A stretch of 13,670 nt of DNA, from NCBI GenBank assembly GCA_019058015.1, contig JAHLWH010000057.1:1-13670 (forward strand). The letters are read 5' to 3'. The DNA is from Promethearchaeota archaeon (GTDB lineage: Archaea; Asgardarchaeota; Lokiarchaeia; Sigyniarchaeales; SOKP01). The position numbers were made by a program, and so were the translations under genes. The notes beneath the pieces were generated by a model. The model searched no databases. It was not told the DNA's origin and saw nothing but the letters and a program-made list of their open reading frames with translations. Shown one piece after another: positions 1 through 6,873 of this stretch (position 1 is its first letter; each line of letters begins with the position of its first letter).

Positions 1-1698
1 ACTTGGGGCGATGCTAATAGTGGTGGGACATTTGGTCCTGAAATTAAAAAATGTGGGTATGATGCAATTTTATTTAAAGGAATTGCTGAAAAGCCCATAT
101 ATATTACAATAATTGGTGATGATAAACAAATTCATGATGCATCAGATATTTGGGGTAAAGATGTTATTGAAGCTGAAGAAAAATTAAAAAAGAAATATGG
201 TAAATATATTAAAACAGCTGGAATAGGACAAGCTGGAGAGAAACTTTCTCTAATTTCAGGAATTGTCAATGATAAAGGTCGTATTGCCGCAAGATCCGGA
301 ATCGGCGCAATAATGGGTTCAAAAAAGCTTAAAATGCTTGTTCTAAAAGGAGATAAACAAATACAATTAGCCAACAAAGAAGATTTAGTAAGAGTTGTTT
401 CTGAATATAATAGTAAAAAAAAGACAGAACCAGGAAAATTCATGAAAGCAATACTTAAAATGGCACCTGGAATGCCAAAATTATTAAGACGGTTTAATAT
501 ATCCTTAAAGGGACCTCCAAAAATGATAACTCAAGTTTATCATATTTTCGGTACAAGTGCTGGAAATTTAATCAGTGCTGAAGTTGGAGATTCGCCCGTT
601 AAGAATTGGAGTGGTATAGGACAATTTGACTTTCCACCAGATGTATCTAAAGAATTATCTACTGTGATAATAAATAGTTATAAACAGAAAGACTATGGAT
701 GTTTGACTTGTCCAGTTCAATGCGGAGGTGTATTAAAAGTTCCTGAACTTGGAATAGATGAGACTTATCTTCCAGAATACGAAACATGTTGCGCTTTTGG
801 GACTCTCTTACTTAATAATGATCTCATGTCAATAATCATACTTAATGAATTATGCAATCGTGCGGGTATAGATACGATATCTACTGGTGTAACTGTAGCT
901 TTTGCTATAGAATGTTTTGAAAATGGTATAATAACTACTGATGATACTAATGGATTAGAATTAAGGTGGGGAAAGTCAGATTCTATTGTAGAACTAGTTA
1001 AAATGATAATAAACCGAGAAGGTATCGGAGATATTTTGGCTGATGGGTGTAAAAAAGCTTCAGAAAAAATTGGAACAGGGAGTCAAAAATTTGCAATGCA
1101 TTCATTAGGACAAGAAATTGCAATGCATGATCCGAAATATTTTGAATCTCTTGGTTATACCTACGCTTATGACCCCACACCAGGAAGACATACAGCAGCA
1201 AGTATAGATTTTATGGATATTGGTCCTATTGGGAAATTTATGAAGGGCTTTTCGTTACCTAAAAAGTGGAAGAAAAATAAGAAATCAAAATATAAGGGAC
1301 AAATGATGGTTACCGGTATTCGACAATTTATAGATTGTTTAGGATTATGTATGTTTGCGACCTTGTTTGGCAATTATCCTGTTAGAGAAATAATTCGATC
1401 TGTTACTGGTTGGGATTTATCAGTTGAGGAAATAATAAAAACGGGTTTAAGAATTCAAACATTAAGACAATCCTTTACAATTCGAGAGGGGGTTAAGATT
1501 GCTCAAAATGATTTACCATCAAGGGTAATTGGAGATCCACCTTTTGAAAAAGGACCTAATAAAGGGGTAACTGTAAATTATAGAGATTTTTACAAGGGTG
1601 TTTGCAAAGAAATGGGTTGGAATCCGGAAAATGGATATCCTTTAAGAGAAACTTTAAGAGAATTGAATTTGGATTATGTGATAAAAGATATATATTAA
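1..1698 (+). CDS. aor: Tungsten-dependent aldehyde:ferredoxin oxidoreductase family protein (5'-partial; runs in from the left edge)
   Basis: Frame 1 is open from base 1 (TWGDANSGGTFGPEIKKCGYDAILFKG...IGQAGE...GRIAARSGIGAIMGSKKLK), so the ATG at 313 is internal. AOR motifs: CxxCxxxC (CLTCPVQC), PEYET, GIDTIS, DxxGxC (DCLGLC, fourth cluster Cys), C-terminal MGWNPENGYP..ETLRELNL. Confidence 0.93.
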   Translation, partial: TWGDANSGGTFGPEIKKCGYDAILFKGIAEKPIYITIIGDDKQIHDASDIWGKDVIEAEEKLKKKYGKYIKTAGIGQAGEKLSLISGIVNDKGRIAARSGIGAIMGSKKLKMLVLKGDKQIQLANKEDLVRVVSEYNSKKKTEPGKFMKAILKMAPGMPKLLRRFNISLKGPPKMITQVYHIFGTSAGNLISAEVGDSPVKNWSGIGQFDFPPDVSKELSTVIINSYKQKDYGCLTCPVQCGGVLKVPELGIDETYLPEYETCCAFGTLLLNNDLMSIIILNELCNRAGIDTISTGVTVAFAIECFENGIITTDDTNGLELRWGKSDSIVELVKMIINREGIGDILADGCKKASEKIGTGSQKFAMHSLGQEIAMHDPKYFESLGYTYAYDPTPGRHTAASIDFMDIGPIGKFMKGFSLPKKWKKNKKSKYKGQMMVTGIRQFIDCLGLCMFATLFGNYPVREIIRSVTGWDLSVEEIIKTGLRIQTLRQSFTIREGVKIAQNDLPSRVIGDPPFEKGPNKGVTVNYRDFYKGVCKEMGWNPENGYPLRETLRELNLDYVIKDIY

Positions 1699-1715
1699 CT
1701 TATTCTGTTAATTTG

Positions 1716-1732
1716 AAAAATAAAGAAAAAAA
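1716..1732 (-). terminator. Oligo-T tract, putative archaeal terminator of the GTPase/longin-wHTH unit
   Basis: The minus strand reads TTTTTTTCTTTATTTTT a few nt after the stop at 1740, in the 41-bp gap between convergent genes. Confidence 0.45.
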
Positions 1733-1739
1733 TTTATGT

Positions 1740-2297
1740 TTACACACCCCAATAAACTGTTCTACCAACTTTTCCTGTTCTTTTAATTTGTTCTGCAGTC
1801 TCAAGATCATTCATGATTTTCCATATTTGGGAATTACTTAAATTGAAATATTTCCTTAAATCAGGAGTCGCCATTTCCATTTCTTTTAAAAGTACATTAA
1901 TAAGTCTTTTAATTTCATCGATATCTTCATATTTGGGCTTTTCCTCAATATCAGTAGAATCATCTTCATCCTCAGATTCCATTTTTATAATTATTTTATC
2001 AGCAATTTTATTTAATTCTTTGATGTTTCTCTCAATACCTTGAGGTTTCATAAATAAACAACATAATTCTAACCCTCTTGGAAAAGCGACAATATAAAAA
2101 TCATCATATAATATTGCTCGAGGTTTTTTTCCATCATTACCTCCACGAAATGCTAGATAGAAATTCGTTGCAAAATCTTCTAAATTAATGTTTGGGGTTC
2201 CTTTGTTAATACTTGCTTTCCATTTTAAGAATGGTCCATTAATCATGTCAAAACCGACTAAAGCAGCACTAACTATTTCATCTTCTACAAACTTCAT
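1740..2297 (-). CDS. uDENN/longin-like domain + acidic linker + C-terminal winged helix-turn-helix protein
   Basis: The N-terminus IVSAALVGFDMINGPFLKW fits the uDENN-longin beta1-beta2 pattern (hydrophobic strand-F[D/H]xxxGP), followed by a helix, three strands and a helix. Acidic linker ESEDEDDSTDIEE. Residues ~126-185 (EIKRLINVLLKEMEMATPDLRKYFNLSNSQIWKIMNDLETAEQIKRTGKVGRTVYW) follow a wHTH pattern. The domain calls are by-eye inference. Confidence 0.7.
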   Translation of the reverse strand: MKFVEDEIVSAALVGFDMINGPFLKWKASINKGTPNINLEDFATNFYLAFRGGNDGKKPRAILYDDFYIVAFPRGLELCCLFMKPQGIERNIKELNKIADKIIIKMESEDEDDSTDIEEKPKYEDIDEIKRLINVLLKEMEMATPDLRKYFNLSNSQIWKIMNDLETAEQIKRTGKVGRTVYWGV

Positions 2298-2846
2298 TTA
2301 TTCTCTTTTCCTCCTTCTAATTGAAGCTTTATCTAATTCATTTTTAATTATATTTATTAACCTAGCTCTTTCGCTAAAATTAATAGCGGTACAAGCAAAA
2401 GTTTTAACTCTAAGTACTTTTTCAACTTTATCTACTTCTATATGTTCCGGTAAATCTTGTTTATTTGCGAGAGCAATGATTTGGCTTTCACTTCCTATAT
2501 TTTTATTAGCTAATTTTATTAGTTTTTTTGTATTTAGAACATTTTGTGGAGTAGAATCAGTCACTATAAAGATGAGATCACTCCCAAATATGAAATTTTT
2601 TAAATTCATTTTCAGATACGCTTTTTGACCTCCAAAATCCCATAAACTAATAATATTTTCTCCAAATTTAACAGTTTTAAAATCAAGTCCTTGTGTTGGC
2701 AAATACAATTTATTTATTGTTTTTTCAGTTAAGAGTTTAAGAATTGTTGTTTTACCGACAGCTGGATATCCGATAAAAGAAATTTTTATTGGCATCTCAT
2801 TTAATTTACGAACTCTTTGAACTTTAAATGAGTTAAAGTTTATCAT
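2298..2846 (-). CDS. Ras-superfamily small GTPase, Arf/Rag-related (Asgard type)
   Basis: G1 GYPAVGKT, G2 PTQG, G3 WDFGGQ, G4 ANKQD, G5 CTA. A GAGG ribosome-binding-like motif lies ~7 nt upstream of the ATG at 2846. An alternative start is the ATG at 2795 (MPIK). Confidence 0.93.
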   Translation of the reverse strand: MINFNSFKVQRVRKLNEMPIKISFIGYPAVGKTTILKLLTEKTINKLYLPTQGLDFKTVKFGENIISLWDFGGQKAYLKMNLKNFIFGSDLIFIVTDSTPQNVLNTKKLIKLANKNIGSESQIIALANKQDLPEHIEVDKVEKVLRVKTFACTAINFSERARLINIIKNELDKASIRRRKRE

Positions 2847-3069
2847 ACAAAAGCCTCAAAATATGTGAATAAATTAATTAAGATCTAAACTATTAATTTG
2901 CGTAATATCCAAGTAATATGATATTCTAAGAAGTAATTTTTTTTCCAACATTATATCTTTATAAAATAGATTCTTCCAAATCCTTTAATAATAAAAAGAA
3001 AGAAGTTATTGATATTATTGATAAAATAATGGGAATTAAAAAAAACATTAATTACAAAGTGATGTCTTA

Positions 3070-4272
3070 ATGAAGAATATTGAAAATTTGTTGAAAACAG
3101 CATTGGAAAAAGGAGAAGGTATCCTCCGTTTGTTTCCCAACTGGGTACCACGGTCATTTACCATTCCTGGAAGGCGTTTAAAATTGCATCCTAATGATTA
3201 TTATTCATTTGGGGCTCATAGGGGAGGGATAGATGAAAGATGGTTTGCATCAACAATAAAAGCTGACAATGGACCTGAAACCCTACCAGACGAAGGATTA
3301 AGTTATATTTATATAGAAGATGGCACTCAAAAAGAAAAAATTCTATTAAAAGATGCAATTGAATGTATGGGCGATAAGATTCTAGGAAAAAAAGTAATGG
3401 AAAAATTCGGTGGATTGACAATGTTTTCAAAATTTTTTGACAATATGGAACCAATACCACTTCACTTACATCAAAGTGATAAGCTTGCGGCTTTCGTTGG
3501 GCAAAAGGGGAAATCTGAAGGTTATTATTTTCCCAAACAACTAAATAATCATTCTGGATACTTTCCCTATACTTACTTTGGTTTAAATCCAGGAACAACT
3601 AAAGATGACGTGAAGTTATGCTTGAAAAATTGGGATGAAGGTGATAATGGGATATTAAATTTTTCAAAGGCTTATAAGCTCAAACTTGGAACTGGATGGG
3701 ATGTCCCTCCAGGAGTTTTGCATGCACCGGGATCACTTCTCACTTATGAACCTCAAAAAGCATCAGACGTATTTGCAATGTTTCAATCTTTAGCAGGGGA
3801 TAAATTTATTCCAAAAGATCTACTTGTGAAAGATGTACCTGAAGAATATAAAAAAGATCTTGATTACATAGTTGATATGATAGATTGGGAAATAAATCTA
3901 GATCCAGATTTTCATAAGAATAGATTTTTAGAACCGAAACCAGTTAAGCCTATTGAAGAAATGAGAGAAGAAGGATATGAGGAATATTGGATTGTATATA
4001 ATTCTGACTTCTTTGCTGCAAAAGAATTAACAATACAGCCAAAAAAATCTATTACTATAAAAGAAAAAGGTGCATATGGATTAATCGTGATTCAAGGGCA
4101 TGGGAAATTTGGAAAATTGGATATTGAATCACCTGCAATAATTAAGTTCGGACAGATGACTAATGATGAATTATTTATTACTTTTAATGCTGCCCTTAGA
4201 GGAATTGAAATAAAAAATGAAAGCAATTCTGATGATCTAGTAATGCTTAAACACATAGGATCTGAAGCTTAA
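3070..4272 (+). CDS. Type I phosphomannose-isomerase-like cupin metalloprotein (substrate uncertain)
   Basis: KFFDNMEPIPLHLH, KSEGYY, VPPGVLHAPG and YEPQKASDV parallel the PMI motifs KxLD..LSxQxH, KxE, GxxHA and EIQxxSD. A GTGAT RBS-like motif precedes the ATG. Confidence 0.7.
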   Translation: MKNIENLLKTALEKGEGILRLFPNWVPRSFTIPGRRLKLHPNDYYSFGAHRGGIDERWFASTIKADNGPETLPDEGLSYIYIEDGTQKEKILLKDAIECMGDKILGKKVMEKFGGLTMFSKFFDNMEPIPLHLHQSDKLAAFVGQKGKSEGYYFPKQLNNHSGYFPYTYFGLNPGTTKDDVKLCLKNWDEGDNGILNFSKAYKLKLGTGWDVPPGVLHAPGSLLTYEPQKASDVFAMFQSLAGDKFIPKDLLVKDVPEEYKKDLDYIVDMIDWEINLDPDFHKNRFLEPKPVKPIEEMREEGYEEYWIVYNSDFFAAKELTIQPKKSITIKEKGAYGLIVIQGHGKFGKLDIESPAIIKFGQMTNDELFITFNAALRGIEIKNESNSDDLVMLKHIGSEA

Positions 4273-4318
4273 TTCTTTTGAAATATAAAATTTATGCACT
4301 TTAATTTTAGAAAATATC

Positions 4319-4900
4319 TTATTTTAATTTTACGACAACAGTATTCGAAGTATTTTGCATAATTCTAAGTCTATTTCCCTTAATATCATAGTTCGCAATA
4401 TACCCAACAAATAAATCAATTAAAAACAGTAAGTTGCTTCCTCTTAAAAGGTTATTAATTGCATACTTTTCCTTGGATGTTGTTTCAAATGAATTCGCAT
4501 CTACTGTTCTTAAGCCTAAAATCCTCTTACCAATAGTCTGTCCTTTGTTATATGTTTCAAATAACCAATAATAACTAAAACCAACAATCCAATTGAATAA
4601 ATCCATAAAGTCTGGAACAAATAAGTCTAATAAAGTCTGTTTTCTGTTTATTGGGAATGGTAAAGAGATTAAAAATCCAATTATGGTGATAAACATCATA
4701 TCAACAATAAATGCAATTAAACGCTCCCAAGATCTTGCAAAAATTACTCCTTTTCCAGGAATTCTAGCGCTTTTTTTAAGGTCAATATAAGATTCTTCTT
4801 TCTTTCGACGAATTCTTTCTTCTTCAGTTATTTCATAACCACAAGCACAAAATTGGACTCCAATACCTAATTGTGCTCCACATTTTGGGCAATATTTCAT
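4319..4900 (-). CDS. Zinc-ribbon + RDD family membrane protein (paralog 2)
   Basis: CPKCG...FCACG ribbon; WERLIAFIVD, KGQTIGKRILGLRTVD and C-terminal TVVV are RDD hallmarks. The ATG at 4900 (MKYCPKCG) is preferred over the TTG at 4909. Confidence 0.88.
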   Translation of the reverse strand: MKYCPKCGAQLGIGVQFCACGYEITEEERIRRKKEESYIDLKKSARIPGKGVIFARSWERLIAFIVDMMFITIIGFLISLPFPINRKQTLLDLFVPDFMDLFNWIVGFSYYWLFETYNKGQTIGKRILGLRTVDANSFETTSKEKYAINNLLRGSNLLFLIDLFVGYIANYDIKGNRLRIMQNTSNTVVVKLK

Positions 4901-5059
4901 AAATTCCAATCTATATTTAAAATTCTATGAATAATTCAATTTTAATTGAAATATGAGTTTTATCATATTCTATTTTCTTTAATTAAAACCATTGATCCAT
5001 CATTGTTATGACGATAATTAATATTATATCTCAAATTAAGATATTTTTTTGAAACTAAG

Positions 5060-5089
5060 AAATAAAAATAAAAAAAAACGAAAAAAGAA
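5060..5089 (-). terminator. Long oligo-T tract, putative terminator after RDD paralog 1
   Basis: The minus strand has consecutive T6, T9 and T5 runs starting just after the stop at 5095, suggesting the two RDD genes are transcribed separately. Confidence 0.55.
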
Positions 5090-5094
5090 TAGTT

Positions 5095-5667
5095 TTAACT
5101 TGTTTTAATAACAACTGTTCTTGAAATGTTCTGTAAAATTCTTAAACGATTATTTTCTTCACCAGAATTTACTAAAAAGCCTATGATCAAATCTAATAAA
5201 AGAAAAATAGTACCTCTCGCGAGATTATTGACGACATATTGACCTGGTTTTGCAACATCGAGTGATTCTTCATCGACTGTCCTTAAATGTAACAAAATTT
5301 TTCCTATAGTTTGCCCTTTATTAAAAGCTTCAAAAATAAAAAAGTATCCAAATCCAATCACCCAATCTATTAAATCATTTATAAACAAATAGTCAATAGA
5401 AAAAACAAAACTCCACCGGAATGGTATAAACAAGCTTATAAGCAAAATAACTATAATATCAACAATATACGCAAAGAAACGTTCCCAAAACCCAGCATAA
5501 ATATGTGGACCTTTTATAATTTCAGCAGGTTTTTGAGTAGTAACTTGAGGTTGAGATACTTCCGCCTTCGATATCTCTCTAGCATTTATTTCATTTCCAC
5601 AGGAGGGACAAGATTTAACACCAGGTTCTAATTTTCCACCACAAGTTGGACAAAAATTGATAGACAT
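5095..5667 (-). CDS. Zinc-ribbon + RDD family membrane protein (paralog 1)
   Basis: CPTCG...CPSCG ribbon; YAGFWERFFAYIVD, KGQTIGKILLHLRTVD, TVVIK. Confidence 0.9.
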   Translation of the reverse strand: MSINFCPTCGGKLEPGVKSCPSCGNEINAREISKAEVSQPQVTTQKPAEIIKGPHIYAGFWERFFAYIVDIIVILLISLFIPFRWSFVFSIDYLFINDLIDWVIGFGYFFIFEAFNKGQTIGKILLHLRTVDEESLDVAKPGQYVVNNLARGTIFLLLDLIIGFLVNSGEENNRLRILQNISRTVVIKTS

Positions 5668-5800
5668 ATTTAATCAATTCTAAATATTTTAGTTATAATG
5701 GATTAATTTTTATATTTTTTATATATTGCACTTTTTAATTAAAACTATCTATTAGTTATTAAAATAAAGTTTTTAAAATGCTTATTATTAGTAAAAAATT

Positions 5801-6841
5801 ATGATTAAAAAAATTCCAATCTCAATTGTGGGAGTAGGCAATTTATGTTCCAGCTTAGTTCAAGGATTATACAGTGAAGGAACGGGTTTACTTCATAAAA
5901 ATTTAGCCGGTTTTAGATTTTCTGATATTGAAATAGTATCATCTATCGATATTGATTCAAGAAAGATTGGAAAGGATCTTTCTGAAGCAATTTTTGCTGA
6001 GCCCAATGTTGCCTTAAAATTTAATTTGGATATCCCTAAAACAAATGTAATTGTGAAAATGGGACATGTCTTAGACGGAATCGCAGATGAGGTAAAGGAA
6101 GATATTGAAATATCTGATAAACAACCAGATGATATTTATGAGGAATTTAAAAAAGGGTTAATTGTTTTATGCTTATTACCATCTGGAGCAGATAAAGCTG
6201 TAAAATTTTATGCTGATAAAGCCTTAAAAGCAAATTGTGGATTTATAAATGCCACTCCAACAAATTTAGCTAACGATTTAGAATATAGTAAGAAATTTTT
6301 GGAGAAAAAACTCCCCCTCATTGGAGACGACATTCAAGACCAAATGGGAGCAACTATATTGCATAAATTAATCCTTAAATTAATGAAAGAAAGAGGAATA
6401 ATTATTGATGAGTCATACGCGTTGGATGTTGGGGGTGGTTTAGAAAGTAAAAACTCATTATTTAGATCTCGGGATATAAAAAGAGCAATAAAATCGAGGT
6501 CAGTAACTGAAGCATTGCATATTGATGCACCTATTATAGCAGGAACTTCGGATTATGTTGAACATATGAATAATAGTAGAAACACTTTCATATGGATTAA
6601 AGGGAAATATTTCAATTCAGCCCCAATCATGATTGATATGAAGATAACAACGGAGGATGGTCCAAATGGAGGATCAGTTTTGTTTGATGTAATAAGAGCA
6701 ACATATGTTGCAATGCTTCAGGGGTCTTCTGGGGTTATCAAGCCTATTTGTGCTTTTGGTTTTAAGAATCCACCAGGTCAAGTTAAAGATCCAAGTGTAG
6801 CAAGTAGAGAATTATCTGAATTTATTTTGGGTAATATTTAA
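5801..6841 (+). CDS. ino1: myo-Inositol-1-phosphate synthase family protein (divergent active site)
   Basis: Rossmann GVGNLCSSLVQG, DIDSRKIGKDLSEAIFAEPN, LPSGA, FINATP, IGDD, SDYV, DGPN, FKNPP. Confidence 0.85.
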   Translation: MIKKIPISIVGVGNLCSSLVQGLYSEGTGLLHKNLAGFRFSDIEIVSSIDIDSRKIGKDLSEAIFAEPNVALKFNLDIPKTNVIVKMGHVLDGIADEVKEDIEISDKQPDDIYEEFKKGLIVLCLLPSGADKAVKFYADKALKANCGFINATPTNLANDLEYSKKFLEKKLPLIGDDIQDQMGATILHKLILKLMKERGIIIDESYALDVGGGLESKNSLFRSRDIKRAIKSRSVTEALHIDAPIIAGTSDYVEHMNNSRNTFIWIKGKYFNSAPIMIDMKITTEDGPNGGSVLFDVIRATYVAMLQGSSGVIKPICAFGFKNPPGQVKDPSVASRELSEFILGNI

Positions 6842-6873
6842 AATTTGAGAGCTTTCAACAATAAAATTAAATT

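Noticed and set aside
313-1698. ATG at 313 as the start of the AOR gene
   Set aside because: The frame is open from base 1 with conserved AOR N-terminal sequence. MGSK is an internal motif, so the gene is cut by the window edge, not truncated.
132-2628. Short ORFs 132-443(-), 998-1201(-), 1167-1373(-), 1602-1841(+), 1813-2043(+), 2188-2628(+)
   Set aside because: Antisense or off-frame shadows of well-supported genes, with no recognisable motifs.
4935-5044. Several short inverted repeats between the RDD genes (TTCAATT/AATTGAA, AATATGA/TCATATT, ATATCT/AGATAT), considered as an ncRNA or SECIS element
   Set aside because: The arms are only 6-7 bp in very AT-rich DNA, there is no proper AUGA/GA core, and no gene here has an in-frame UGA at a Cys position.
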